Source: an uncultured Gemmatimonadaceae bacterium (GTDB lineage: Bacteria > Gemmatimonadota > Gemmatimonadetes > Gemmatimonadales > Gemmatimonadaceae). From it: a stretch of DNA of 64,000 bases. The translations under genes were made by a program, and so were the position numbers. Every line of letters begins with the position of its first letter. Positions within the stretch are counted from its first letter, which is position 1. The notes under the pieces were generated by a model. It saw nothing but the letters and a program-made list of their open reading frames with translations, was not told where the DNA came from and did not search any database. Positions 11,428 to 23,615 of the stretch are shown piece by piece. The DNA lies in assembly GCA_963829055.1 (NCBI GenBank), contig CAWHHI010000009.1, forward strand, positions 32,001 to 96,000. Reading direction: 5' to 3'.

Positions 11428-12190
11428 CCGGGCTTCGGCGCCTTCCTGCGAAAGGAGCTCATCGAGATTCGCCGGACGTGGCGGCTCTGGGTGATCCCCG
11501 GGATGCTGGTGTTCTTCGGCGTGACGAGCCCGATCATCGCGGCGCTCACGCCGGCACTGGTGCGGTCGATGGCCGCGTCGCAGCCGGGAGTCGTGATCCG
11601 GCTGCCGCCACCGACCGCGCTCGACGCCTACGCGCAGTTCATCAAGAACCTCAACCAGTTCGTGCTCATCGCGGTGGTGATCACCGGCGCGGGGGTCGTC
11701 TCGGGCGAGCGCGTCCTCGGGAACGGCGATCCTCGCGCTGACGAAGCCGCTCTCGCGCGGCGCGTTCGTGGTGGCGAAGATCCTGTCGCAGCTCGCGCTC
11801 CTCGTGGCGGCCACCGCGTTAGGCACGACAGCCTGCCTGGTGATGACGGCGGTGGTGTTCGGCGGCGCCGACGCCACTCGGCTCGTGACCGCGGTGGCGC
11901 TGTGGCTCGTCTACGCCACGCTGCTCGTCGTGGTGATGACGCTCTTCTCGGCGGCGTTTCGCTCGCGCGGCGCGGCCGCGGGTGCGGGGCTCGGTTTCTT
12001 CTTCCTCACGCTCCTGTTCTCGAGCTGGGGACCGGCGGCGCGGTACAGCTTCCTCGGGCTGCTGCCGGCCATGCGCAACGCGCTGGTCGGACAGCCGATG
12101 TCGTTAGGCTGGCCGGTCGTGACGGCGGTAGCGGCGATCGCGGTCGGAGCGGTGGCGGCGGTGCGGATCTTCGAGCGGCAAGAACTATAA
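11424..12190 (+). CDS. ABC-2 type transporter permease (frameshifted)
   Basis: FLRKELIEIRRT start, multiple hydrophobic helices, C-terminal FERQEL. Confidence 0.8.
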
Positions 12191-12209
12191 GAAGACGCAA
12201 CTGCAAGTC

Positions 12210-12696
12210 CGAAACGGCGCACGGCCCGAACGGCGCCAAATCCCAGACTGCGCGGAATCCCGAACGGCGCGGAATCCCAGACGGCGCGAAATCCCGAACG
12301 GCGCGAAATCCCGAACGACGACAAAAGGCGAGACGGCGCTAACGGCGGAAGCCGCGGCGCTGGCCGCGCGCAGATGATTATCGGGCGTCAGATGGGTTGC
12401 GCATCGCGGCCGTGCAGGCGCCACCGTGGGGCCGTGCTCGACGCGGCCGAGCAGGCCGCCCAGATGGTCAACGACCTGATCGACGGCGCCGGTTCACAAC
12501 CTGTTGGTGGTGATCGTGAAGATGCTGAACTCGTTGCTAAATCGTTGACTGCGCTGTTCCGCTGTTAGGTCGTCCCGCTTTTTGTCGCCGTTCGGGATTT
12601 CGCGCCGTCTGGGATTTCGCGCCGTCTGGGATTTCGCGCCGTCTGGGATTCCGCGCCGTTCGGCATTTGGCGCCGTTCGGGCCGTGCGCCGTTTCG
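12210..12696. repeat. Foldback element: two inverted ~140-bp arms, each built from degenerate 17-bp tandem units (GACGGCGCGAAATCCCA)
   Basis: Arm A 12210-12350 and arm B 12557-12696 are near reverse complements, both starting CGAAACGGCGCACGGCCCGAACGGCGCCAAAT. Confidence 0.85.
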
Positions 12697-13858
12697 AGGC
12701 GGACTACGTCTCCTTCGACCGGGAGCGCGGCACGGTGCGGGCCGAGTGCGGTGAGCGGCGCGTGCTGCGCCACGCGCTCCGGGTCGTGGGCGACGACCGT
12801 GAACGCCTCGAGCACGAACGGAACGCCCTCGCTCCGAAGCGGCGCCGCCGCGGGGTCAGCAGCCTCGGTCACATGAAAGTGGAGGTGCGGCCCGTCCGAG
12901 TTCCCCGAGTTGCCGATCGCACCGAGGATCTGTCCCCGGTGAACCACGTCCCCTACCCGTACACGCAGGCTGCCGGGCTTGAGGTGCCCGTAGAGTGCGT
13001 ACCGGTGCGCCTCACCCTGTCCGATCCGAGGTCCAGGAGCACGTAATTCCCGAGGACGGTCGCCACCCGCATCGGCACCGCGCGGGAGCCCTCGCCTGGC
13101 GTGTTGTCCGGGATGCTGTCCATGACCGCGGCCACGCGCGCGTCCGCGACCGCGAGCACCGGCTCTTCGTAGCCGTACCAATCCGTGTTCCGCCGCCCGC
13201 GGTGGTCGCGCGCGTACTCGCCGCGGGCGTCCATCTTCACCCAATCGATCGCGAAGCGCTGGGCGAGGTGCGGCACGGTGTCTTCGCCGACGCGGATCAC
13301 GGCGCGTCGGTGCTCGGACACGTTCGACGGCCCGAGGCCGATCCACCAGTCGCCGGCGCCCACAGGCGGCGCGAGGACAAGGTCCGCTCGCGGACGCACG
13401 AGTACCGATACGCCATCGGCCACACTCCCGTCCGCGAACGCAACGTGGTGCGTGAGCGCCCTCGGCAACGTTGCCGAGGAGTCGAAGGTGAGCCAGAGAT
13501 AGACGACCGCGCGCACACCAGGAGTCAGCCCCTTTGGCGGTGGGGCGCCGCGGGGCGCGATCAGCTTCGCGTCACGCTCGATCTCCGCCCTTCCGTACGT
13601 GGCGACCGGAGCCGCGTCCGCACGGTCGGCGTCGCGCACTTCCAGCCGATCGAGACGGAGCGGCCGGGTGCCGACGTTCGCGATGTGCAGCTCGTACACG
13701 AGGACCACGCGTCCAGCGGCGGCGACCGGCACGGGCGCGGCGGGGACACTGAGCAGCACGGGAGCACCTTGCCTCGCCACGGCCGGCGAGTACTCGCGTG
13801 CGGCAACGCTACTGACCGCGACGATGGCGAGCGTCCGTATACCAGCGAAATGCCTCAC
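12537..13858 (-). CDS. M23-family metallopeptidase (frameshifted; 3' end reads into repeat arm B)
   Basis: AQRFAIDW, GNYVLLDLG, YALYGHLKPGS and GNSGNSDGPHLHFH motifs. Confidence 0.82.
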
Positions 13859-13864
13859 GTGACC

Positions 13865-14479
13865 TCAGCGTCGATGCCCGCCTAACGCCTGACGGTCAGC
13901 TGCGTCAGCCGCCGGCGCGGACGAGTCGTCGGGTGGCAGCCGCACACTGGCGCCCGCACCACGTTGAGATGCCGACCGCCTGTGCACCCACGCCCACCCG
14001 ACCAGCGTGGCGGCCAGGAATGGATACCCGTAGAATGGCAGCGGCTCGGAGAGGGGCGTCAGGCCCGCGCCGCCAAAGATCCTCGCCGCCGTGACGGCGA
14101 ACAATATCGCCGCGATCGCCCCGGTCACCCTGACAAGTCCTGGCATGATTGGGGACGCGCTGACGAGGGCTAACGCCGCCGACCAGAGCCCCGCTCCAGC
14201 CGCGAACGACGGGGCGCTCGCCGCGAGGTCCATGGCGGAGCCGGAGACGATCAACGTCTCGCCCGCAAGGAATACCAGGAACCCAGCCGCAAGTTGCGCA
14301 TCTCCGCGGCGCACGTGATGGACGCAGAGCAACGCGCTGCCGACCACGAGCGCGACGCCGTCAGCTCCCCAGGCGAGACCGCGGAGCGCGGCGTTAGGCG
14401 CGAATGAGCCAACCATGCCCAGCAGGGCCCCGATCACGAGCCCTGCGGCCGCAACATTGTGTAGTCGTTCGTCGCTCAT
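13865..14479 (-). CDS. Hypothetical membrane protein; C-terminus reads through a degenerate attC-like site
   Basis: Several hydrophobic segments; the last ~35 codons coincide with the attC-like sequence. Confidence 0.6.
   Translation of the reverse strand: MSDERLHNVAAAGLVIGALLGMVGSFAPNAALRGLAWGADGVALVVGSALLCVHHVRRGDAQLAAGFLVFLAGETLIVSGSAMDLAASAPSFAAGAGLWSAALALVSASPIMPGLVRVTGAIAAILFAVTAARIFGGAGLTPLSEPLPFYGYPFLAATLVGWAWVHRRSASQRGAGASVRLPPDDSSAPAADAADRQALGGHRR
13880..13955 (-). other. Degenerate attC-like site (R' and L boxes intact, R'' lost)
   Basis: Minus strand GTGCGGCTGC...GCAGCTGACCGTCAGGCGTTAGGC; the 3' end resembles the complete attC at 61485; the M23 gene starts about 20 nt downstream. 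Confidence 0.5.
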
Positions 14480-14551
14480 ACCGCATCCCCCTCGATGGAA
14501 GGCCGGCGGCCGGAGTGGTCCTCCGTCCGCCCGTCAAGGTCGCGAACGATT

Positions 14552-17500
14552 CTATGGGCGCGCTGACGCCGCACCGCGAGCGATCGAATCGACCGCGCCG
14601 GTGCGACCCTGCGCGAGTCGACGGAAGTCCGCCTCGTCCGAGGAGCGGTTCAACGCCGCGTAGTGCTCCGCAAGCGCCGTGTACGCAGCGTGAAATGCTG
14701 ACCCAGATCGCGGGCCAGCGGCTGGAGGATCGACGCCGCGCGGTCGAACAGCGCTCCCGATTCCATGGTCTCTGCCCCGACGGGCCAGGAGATCGGCAAG
14801 CAGCGCGCGCCACCACGCCGCTCGCCAGCGGGTCGGCGGCCCATTCGTCTCCATGATGGCGAGCGCTCGTCGAAGATCGGCTTCCGCCTCCACTCGACGT
14901 CCGGCCGCCGAGCGCACACGAGCGATGTCGAGTAGCGCGCGCGCGACGCGGTCATGTCGCGGGCCCACCGTTCGTTCGAGCGTCGCGATGGCGTCGCGAA
15001 GGATCGCCTCGGCTTCGGCAAGACGGCCCTGCGCCGCCAGTTGGCCCGCGACCGCGCTCATGGCGTCGGTGACCATGGGATGGTCGACACCGAACGTCCG
15101 GCGTTGCGCGTCCAGCATCTCCCGCGCGAGTGCCTCGGCTCGCACGTGGTCGCCGCGGTCGGAGACGATCCCGGTGAGGCCAGAAAGAGCACCAGCGAGA
15201 TTGGGAAGCCATCGCGGTGGTTGCTTGCGGAGGATCTCGACCGCGCGGGTGTAGAGCGACTCGGCCTCGGCAGGGCGGTTGAGGTGCCCGTCGAGCAGGT
15301 CTGCCAGGTGGATCATGCTCGTTGCGGTGATGGGGTGCTCCGGCCCCAGGCGGCGTGAGCGGATCTCCATGCTCTCGCGGAAAGGCAACGGCTCGCAGGT
15401 GGTCGCCACGCGCGTGGGCAAGGTGCTCGAGCCCCGGCAACGCACCGGCGAGGCGCACGGTCGGTGTAGGCGACCTTGCCGCAGACATCGATCGCGCGAT
15501 AGTACAGCGACTCTGCTGCGACTGGCTGGCCGCGGTGGAGCCGAAGCAGGGACTCCGCCAGGTAGGATCATGCTGAGCGTCGCGCTGCTCTGGTCGGTCC
15601 CGTTAGGCGCTCGCGGATGCGCAGGCTCTCGCGGAGCATGTCTTCGGCCGCGTCATAGTTCGATCGCGCGATCAGGACATCGGCGAGGTCGTCGTCGGTG
15701 GTAGCGACTGCTGCGGCCTCCGGTCCGACGGTGGCGCGCTGGATGTCACGCGCCGCACGATAGAGCGACTCTGCCGCGGCGACGTCACTGGTCCGCGTCG
15801 CTATCTTCGCCAGCGCCAGCGCGACATCGGGGTGCTTCGGTCCGAGCACGCGTCGCTGAATGGCCAGCGCCTCGCGTGACAGCTGGAGCGCCTCCTCACG
15901 CCGGTCCGTCTGGAAAAGGACGTTGGCCAGGTTGGTGAGTGTGGTGGCGACATCGCGCGTGATTGTCACCAAGGTGGGAACGACGCAGCTCGAGCGCCCG
16001 ACGCAGCATCCGCTCGGCATCGGCGAACCGCCCGAGCTGATCGTTCACTCGCCCGAGCGCGTCGAGCATCTGCGCCTGCACGACCGGCTGTCCGGCCAGT
16101 TGTTCGACGCGCGCCGTGCCGGTCACGAGCATGTCCCTCGCCATCACCTGCTCACGCGTCGCGCCGGGCGGCGCCGGCGTCCGGAACAGCCTAACGAGAA
16201 AGTCCGTGACCGCGTTCGACTGTCCCAGGGCCTGCTCGGCGCGGTCCCGCTCGCGCCGGGCGTCCGCCGCTTGCCGGACGGCGACCGTCGTCGCCGTCAC
16301 CAGCGAAACCCCCACGACGGCCGCGGCCGCCACCTTCATCCGGTGCCGGCCGAGAAACTTCCGCGCGCGATACCAGCGCGTGGCGTGGTGGGCGAGCACC
16401 GGCAGCCCGTCGAGATGCCGCTGGACGTCCTCCCACATGATGTCCGCGGACCCGTAGCGGCGCGCAGACTCCTTCCGCAGCGCCATCATCACGATGGCGT
16501 CCAGGTCGCCCTCGAGGCGTCGCCTCAGCCGCTCGACGGAAAGACCGCGTTCCGCGGCGACCACTTCCGGAGTCGGGTCGGTGGTGGCGGGCTCCGCCGA
16601 GCGACCCGACTCGGGGCGACTCACGGCGACGCTGGGGAGCCGCGGGTCACGGGCCAGATGATGACCTCCGCCAGCTCGTGGGCGGAGCCACTCGTTATGC
16701 GGTGGGGCCGCCGGCCGCTCAGCAGCTCGTAGAGCAGCACGCCGAGGGCGTAGACGTCACTCGCCGTCGTCAGCGAGTCGCCGCGTATCTGTTCGGGGCT
16801 CGCATACTCCGGCGTCATCACGCGCCACTCCGTCCGCGTCAGCGGCTGGTCGGCCGGTCCGAGCACCGGGTTCACGAGCTTCGCGATGCCGAAGTCCAGC
16901 AGCTTCACCCGCCGGTCTTCGGTGACGAGGATGTTGGTCGGCTTGATGTCGCGATGAATGACGAGATTCTGGTGGGCGTGGTGCACCGCGGCGCAGACGT
17001 CGTGGAAGAGACGCAGCCGCTCCTCGACGCCGAGCCGTTGCCGGTCGCAGTACGTGGTGATCGGGACGCCATCGACGTACTCCATGACGAGGAAGGGCAG
17101 GCGTCCCTCGGTGACACCGCCGTCGAGGAGCTGCGCGATGTTCGGATGGTTCAGCGACGCGAGGATCTGACGCTCGGCGAGAAAGCGGCGCTGGAGGTCG
17201 TCGGCGTCGGGACTGGCCCGCAGCACCTTGATGGCGACGCGCCGTCGATACTGGCCGTCGGAGCGTTCGGCGAGGTAGACGATGCCCATTCCGCCGCGCC
17301 CGAGCTCGCGGAGGACGCGGTAGGGCCCGATCTGTTCGATGCGGAGTGTGGCGATCAGGTCGCCGGCCAACTCGGCGGCGTTGCGGTCGAGCAGCCCATC
17401 GCTGCTTTCGGCTGCGGCGAGCAGCGTCTCGACTTCCGCACAGATGGAAGGATCGTCGGTTTGCCCGCGCAGCCATGCGGCACGCTGGTCCGGCGGCTGG

Positions 17501-17592
17501 TCGAGGGCGCCATCGAACAGGTCGTCAACGGTGCGCCGCCGCTCGTCCACGTCTCCCACGGTGTTCCTCTGTTCCTGGATCATCGGCGGCAC
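14552..17592 (-). CDS. Serine/threonine protein kinase with C-terminal TPR repeats (several frameshifts)
   Basis: LGRGGMGIVY, VAIK, HRDIKPTN, DFG and MTPEYASPE motifs; TM helix, then TPR repeats (LGPEHP, LGPKHPDVA). Confidence 0.88.
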
Positions 17593-17758
17593 CCGTTCCC
17601 GAGCTCCGAGCGCCCTATTCTAGCTCGACGGCAGCGAATCTCGCCAGATCGATGGCCCCCAGCCACTGACTGTCACGATGCGCACGCTTCAGCGGCTCAC
17701 AGCTGTCTTCACCTAACGCGCGACGACGCGGCACCTCCACGCCCTCCTCTACGCGGGG

Positions 17759-18166
17759 CTATCTACTGAACCCCGCAGCCCGCGCCATCACCTGGGGTCC
17801 GAGCGTTTTCAGGGCGCCGCGCACTCGGTCGTCGGGCGTGCCATAGAGCGTGATGCGCTCTGGCGCTAGGACGTCGAAGAACCGCTTCATGTAGCGGTCG
17901 CCGAACGTGCCGAGGTGTGTCATCGCTGCATTCGAGTCGGCGTAGCGCTCGAACAGGTGAAGCCGCCGGCCATCGTCGCTCACGCACCACTCGTAGTCGA
18001 GCGTGCCGGGCTCGGTACGCTCCGTTGCATCAGCCATTTCGGCCATGAGTGCTCGGAAGTCGGACTCCTTACCTTCGTTCACGGCCAGCTCGAACATCCA
18101 AGCGACGTAGCGGCTGCTGGTTGCGGCCGCAGCAGCAGCAGCGGCGGTGCTGGTGTTGCTGGACAT
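17759..18166 (-). CDS. Antibiotic biosynthesis monooxygenase (ABM)-family protein
   Basis: EPGTLDYEW...FERYADSNAAMTHLGTF pattern. Confidence 0.78.
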   Translation of the reverse strand: MSSNTSTAAAAAAAATSSRYVAWMFELAVNEGKESDFRALMAEMADATERTEPGTLDYEWCVSDDGRRLHLFERYADSNAAMTHLGTFGDRYMKRFFDVLAPERITLYGTPDDRVRGALKTLGPQVMARAAGFSR

Positions 18167-18440
18167 CTCTATCTCCGGCGTCATGAGGTTTGGTAGTGGC
18201 CGCGAGGTGTCGCGGCGGATCGGCACAACAAGATATACCGTGTTGGGCGCCGGGGTGCCCGCCGAGACGCTGGCATCTCGGCTCCGTCCCCAGCGGAACC
18301 GAGCGCTGCCTAACGCTCTGGCCAAGCCGCGAGCGAAGTGAGCGTGGACAGGCAAGCGCCGTCGCCCGTCCCGCCACGGGGATCAATTCCGCGCGGCGGC
18401 CCTCGCTCGGCGATTCACCCGTGAGCACATTCCAGCCGCC

Positions 18441-21400
18441 ATGACAAGCCGGAGGACCGCGTTGTTCGTTTCCCATGTGCTCCCACATCACGCGCGGCGG
18501 TGCGCGATCGCCGCGTTCCTGATCGCCGCAATCGGCGCATCCGGTGCGGCCCAGTCGCCGGCACGGCGCGAACCGAGCACCGCGACCCCGTTCGCCGACA
18601 CCGCGCTCTTCGCCCCGTACACGTGGCGCAATATCGGCCCGAACCGCGGCGGACGCTCGATCACCGCCGCCGGCTCGCCAGGCCGACCTAACGAGTACTA
18701 CTTCGGCGCGACGGGCGGCGGGTTGTGGAAGACGACCGACGGCGGCACGAGCTGGGCGCCCGTCACCGACGGGCAGATCGCGTCGTCGTCGGTCGGCGCG
18801 GTCGCCGTCTCGGCGTCGACCCCCGACGTCGTCTACATCGGGATGGGTGAGACGGAGCTGCGCGGCAACGTCATGCAGGGCGACGGCGTGTATCGCTCCA
18901 ACGACGGCGGACGCACGTGGGTCCACCGCGGCCTTGGCGCCACGCAGGCTGTTTCCCGCATCCGCATCGATCCCACCGATCCCAACCTGGTGTACGTCGC
19001 GGCGCTCGGGTCTCCGTTCGCGCCTAACGACGAGCGCGGCGTGTTTCGCTCGCGCGATGGCGGCGCGACGTGGAGCCGAGTGCTGTTCAAGGGCCCGCGT
19101 GCGGGCGCGGTCGATCTGGTCATCGATCCCTCCAACCCGCGCGTGCTGTACGCGACACTCTGGGAAGTGTACCGCCGGCCGTGGCAGCTCTGGAGTGGTG
19201 GCGCCGGCTCGGGGCTGTACAGGTCAACCGACGGTGGCGACACCTGGACCGAGCTCACGCACAATCCGGGGTTGCCGACCGGCGTGTTAGGCAAGATGAC
19301 GGTCGCGGTGTCGCCGGCGGACCCGAATCGCGTCTGGGCGAACATCGAAGCGACGGAAGGCGGACTGTATCGGTCCGACGACGGCGGCGCGACGTGGACC
19401 CACATCAACGCGGACCGCGACCTCTGGCAGCGCGCGTTCTACTTCCTGCGCATCGTCGCCGACCCGAAGGATCGCGAGACGGTGTACGTCCTGAGCTTCC
19501 AGCTCGAGAAGTCCACGGACGGCGGGAAGGCGTTCGCTACCGTCGCGACGCCGCACGCCGACCATCACGACCTGTGGATCGACCCTGACGATCCGCGCCG
19601 CATGGTGGAGGCGAACGACGGCGGGGCGATCGTCTCCGTGAACGGCGGGCGAACGTGGACGAATCAACGCTACCCCACGGCGCAGATCTACCGCGTCGCG
19701 ACGACGGACGAGTTTCCATACCACGTCTGCGGCGCGCAGCAGGATAATACCACGGTGTGTGTGCCGAGCAGCGACAGCCATCTCGCGGAGCCTGATGCTC
19801 GTTCGGGTGACTGGTACTATGCGGTGGGCGGCGGCGAGTCTGCCGACATCGCGCCCAAGCCGGGCGCTCCGGACATCTTCTTCGCCGGCGCCACCAACAC
19901 GCTCACGCGTTATGACCGTCGCACCGGCGTGTCGCGCGACGTGCAGCCGTACCCGCGCATCGTGATGGGCGAGCCGGCGTCGGCGATGCCGGAACGCTGG
20001 AACTGGACCTATCCGATCGCGGTCTCGCGCGTCGATCCGCGCATCCTGCTCGTGGGTTCGCAGCACCTCTGGAAGTCTGTGGACGACGGCCGCACCTGGC
20101 GGAAGATCAGCCCGGACCTGACGCGCGCCGACTCGTCGACGATGGGAAACAGCGGCGGTCCGATCGTCTTCGACCAGGACGGGCCGGAGATCTACGCCAC
20201 GATCTTCACGATCGCTCCATCTCGCCGCGACACGTCCACGATCTGGACCGGTTCGGACGACGGTCTCGTGCACGTCACGCGCGACGGCGGCAAGACGTGG
20301 CGCAACGTCACGCCGCCTAACGTCCCGCCGAACACGCGCATCAGCCGCATCGACGCATCGTGGCACAACGCCGGCGCCGCGTACGTGGCGGCCGAGCGGC
20401 ATCGAGATGAACGACAGGGCGCCGTACATCTGGCGAACGCGTGACTACGGCGCCACGTGGACGAAGATCACGGACGGCATCGCGGACGGCGACTTCGTTC
20501 GCGTCGTGCGTGAGGATCGCGAGCGCGCCGGACTGCTCTTCGCGGGAACGGAACACGGCGTCCGCGTCTCGTTCGACGATGGCGCGCACTGGCGATCGCT
20601 GTCGCGCAACCTGCCGGACGTGCAGGTCTCGGATCTCGCTGTCGAGAAGCGTGACCTGGTGATCGCCACGCATGGGCGGTCGTTCTGGATCCTCGACGAT
20701 CTCTCGTCGCTGCGTCAGATGACGCCGGCGATGCTGGCGGGAGGACCGTCTGCGGGAATGGCTCTGGCAAAGCTGATGCGCCCGGCCGATGCCATCGGTC
20801 GCGTCGGTCGCGCGAACCTCGACTACTATCTGCCTACCGCAGCGGACAGCGTCGTGCTCGAGATTCTCGATGCGAGCGGTGACCGCGTTCGCACGTTAGG
20901 CATTGCGGCAGGGCCTGCCGCGCGTGGGGCCGGGTTGCATCGCGTTCAGTGGGACCTCCGCTACCCGGGCGCCACCTCGTTCCCGGGTATCGTCCTCGAA
21001 GGCGGCGATCCTCGTCGCGGCGTGTGGGCCCCGCCGGGTCGCTACCGCGCTCGGCTCACCGTCCGCACGGGCACGTCGGTCGTCGTGGATTCGCAGCCGT
21101 TGAACCTGACGCGGGATCCGCGCGTCACCACGGTGACCGATGCGGACCTGCGCAGCCAGTTCGACCTGGCGCGTCGGATTCGCGACAAGGAGAGCGATGC
21201 GAACGGCGCGATCGTCGGCATTCGTGCGCTGCGTGCGCAGCTTCGTGAGCGGGAGGCCGCTGCTGGGCGACAATCACCGAGTGACGCCGCGCGTCGCGTG
21301 GCGGCCGACATCGCACGGCTCGACAGCGCGATCTCGCAGGTCGAGTCCACGCTCTATCAGGTGAGGAACAAGAGCCCGAAGGACAAGATCGCGTTCCCGA

Positions 21401-21618
21401 TCCGGGTCAACGACCGCCTAACGGGGCTCCGGTCGCAGGTGGACGATGGCTACGCGCGACCAACGGATGCACAGCGGGCAGTGTTCCGGGAGTTGGCGGC
21501 GGAGGTGGATCGGTCGCTCACGACGCTGTCGAGCGTGTACGCTCAGCAGCTCACGCGCGTGAACGAGTCGCTGCGTCTGGCGAAACTCCCGGAGGTCGGG
21601 ATGACGTTCGTGCGGTGA
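18441..21618 (+). CDS. Secreted VPS10/sortilin-like BNR (Asp-box) repeat glycosyl hydrolase-like protein (one frameshift near 20410)
   Basis: WRNIGPNRGGRS start, repeated SxDGGxTW Asp-boxes, HADHHDLWIDP, GGGES, ATHGRSFWILDD. Confidence 0.88.
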
Positions 21619-21627
21619 TGAGCGGAG

Positions 21628-21756
21628 GTGTCATTCCGAGCGGAGGCCCGAAGGGCCGCAGTCGAGGAATCGAGCGCTGTCCCGGTAGAGGGCCCTCTAC
21701 CCGTACAATCGCGATTCCTCGACTCCGCGCCTTCGGCGCTCCGCTCGGAATGACAC
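21628..21756. repeat. REP-like palindrome, GTCATTCCGAGCG...CGCTCGGAATGAC family
   Basis: Terminal inverted repeats GTGTCATTCCGAGCGGAG/CTCCGCTCGGAATGACAC with inner GTCGAGGAATCG/CGATTCCTCGAC, between convergent genes. Confidence 0.85.
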
Positions 21757-21760
21757 ACGG

Positions 21761-22852
21761 TCATTTCGCCGTCAGTGTGCCGAGCAGACCGTGCGTCTCA
21801 CCGCTCGGGCCCGCGCTGTAATACAGCGTCGTCGCCGGGGCCGAGCCAACGCCCCACTTCAGATCCCAGAGTCCAAGGATCGAGATGGGTACGTTGGTCG
21901 CGTCGTGGAGGAAACCGCGGAAGACACCCGTCGTCGCATCGTAGGCGCCGATTTGCCCGTCGCCGAAGTTGCCGATCAGGATGTTGCCGCCGGCGCTGCC
22001 GAAGGCGGCCGGAGCCAGCGCGACCGCCCACGGCGAGTTGAGCCTGCCGTTGGAAGCGAAGCGCTTCACCAGCGTCCCGTCGGGGTTGAAGATGTCGACG
22101 TACCCGTTGCCGACCCCGGGTCTGTCATCTTCGTTGTCCGGCGCGAGCTGCTTGGCGAATGTGACGTAGAGCTGCCCGTTGATGTTGTGGATGCCGAACG
22201 GCGCATAGCCCGCGGGAACTGTCGCATCAGTGAAGGATGATACGAGCTTGAACGTCCGGTCGAACACGTCCACCTTGTTCGCCTTGAAGTTGGTCGCGTA
22301 CAGGAAGTTCGCGCCGCCGTTGGACGCCAGGGCAAGCCCCTTGTACACCGCGCTCGTGGACGACTGGTTCGCGACGATCTGGGCGGTCGCGCCGCTGCCG
22401 CTGTTCCACGCAGTGATCGTCCCGTCCTCACTCGAGAAGATGAACGACGCCTTGTTGCCGTTTGCGAGCACGAAGTCGGTGGCCGGATTGGTGGCCGGAT
22501 TGAACACGATCCCCGTCGGCGCTCCAGCTGTTGCACCGGCGCTTCCGGGAATCGTGACGACCAGTGAGGACCTGACCCCAGTGCCGCTGTAGAGCGTCGA
22601 CGTGTGAGTGCGGTTGTTGCTCGTCCAGATCGTGCCACCCGCGCTGAAGGCGAGCCCCCAGGGGTTCACCAGGGCGGGATCGACGACCGTTGCCCCGAGT
22701 CCCGACACATCGGCCACGAGCTTCACGTCCTCGTACGCTGTCGGCAGGACTGGCGTGGTTACTTCATCGTCGGAGGAGCACGCGACGAGCCCGGCCGTCA
22801 GTCCAGCGGCTAGGGCAATCGACCGGCCAATCAAACCCGAAAAATGTTGCAT
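21761..22852 (-). CDS. TIGR03118-family lipoprotein
   Basis: LVNPWGLA, PTGIVFN, VYKGLA, YAPFGI, LNSPWAV, GNFGDG and HGLLGTL motifs; LVAC lipobox. Confidence 0.85.
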   Translation of the reverse strand: MQHFSGLIGRSIALAAGLTAGLVACSSDDEVTTPVLPTAYEDVKLVADVSGLGATVVDPALVNPWGLAFSAGGTIWTSNNRTHTSTLYSGTGVRSSLVVTIPGSAGATAGAPTGIVFNPATNPATDFVLANGNKASFIFSSEDGTITAWNSGSGATAQIVANQSSTSAVYKGLALASNGGANFLYATNFKANKVDVFDRTFKLVSSFTDATVPAGYAPFGIHNINGQLYVTFAKQLAPDNEDDRPGVGNGYVDIFNPDGTLVKRFASNGRLNSPWAVALAPAAFGSAGGNILIGNFGDGQIGAYDATTGVFRGFLHDATNVPISILGLWDLKWGVGSAPATTLYYSAGPSGETHGLLGTLTAK

Positions 22853-23025
22853 AAGACGCCTCCCAGTGTGTGTCCGCCCCAGGCCCACCCGCGCGAACGC
22901 GATCGGTGGGGCTCGGTGGCACCGGTACACATACCTTGGAGAGCTCGATCGTGCGTAACGTCGCGCGGTGAAAGGCGCCGCTGATACGGCCAAGTGCGTC
23001 GTCGCGGAGTAAACGCGGGAGCCGG

Positions 23026-23337
23026 TCAGTGAGACGGCGGCGGCTTCCACCCGCGAAACGCGTAGTACCGCTCTTTCGGCTCACCCGTCCACCCATTGAT
23101 CCCGTTACGCGGCAGCCACCATCCGTGGATGATCAGAACGAACACGATCGGAAGGGCGATGAAGACGAAGGACCATGGGCGACCGAACTGCACGGACACG
23201 GCTCGCGTTACGGCGAGGAAGAGGATCACCTTGAGGACCCGGCGCCACTTCGGGGTTCTCTCCTCGAAGTGACCGAACAGGATATTGCCGATCGCGAAGA
23301 TGGCCGCGACGAGAGCGACTTCAAACCAGGAATCCAT
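23026..23337 (-). CDS. Small hypothetical membrane protein
   Basis: GNILFGHFEERTPKWRR...HGWWLPRNGINGWTGEPKERYY; three hydrophobic segments. Confidence 0.7.
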   Translation of the reverse strand: MDSWFEVALVAAIFAIGNILFGHFEERTPKWRRVLKVILFLAVTRAVSVQFGRPWSFVFIALPIVFVLIIHGWWLPRNGINGWTGEPKERYYAFRGWKPPPSH

Positions 23338-23615
23338 GTCAGTTCGCCGCGACCCTACCGCGTCCAGAGAACGATGCGTCATCCGCCCGCGATCTCGTGG
23401 TGTGACAGTGCCGCGGCTGCAGCAACGGTACGCGGGCCGGAAGTACACGGTCAAGCACGTCGTCCGAGGGCATTATAGCCTGGTCTGGCGCCGGGTCGCA
23501 CGGGCGGCCTGAATCCCCGACACTCAGCAGCTACACCGTCGAATCGTCACGGACATGGCAATTCCCCCAGGCAAACGAATCCGCAAACCCCAAACAATCG
23601 CTACACTCTGTTGAC

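Noticed and set aside
12351..12556. Core of the foldback element as an integrase C-terminal remnant
   Set aside because: Only a vague resemblance; no catalytic motif is visible. Needs BLASTX.
12210..12696. CRISPR array
   Set aside because: The units are contiguous 17-mers with no unique spacers, and no cas genes are present.
18121..18150. GCA/GCT triplet run encoding poly-Ala in the ABM gene
   Set aside because: Short low-complexity linker; in-frame, so no phase-variation effect.
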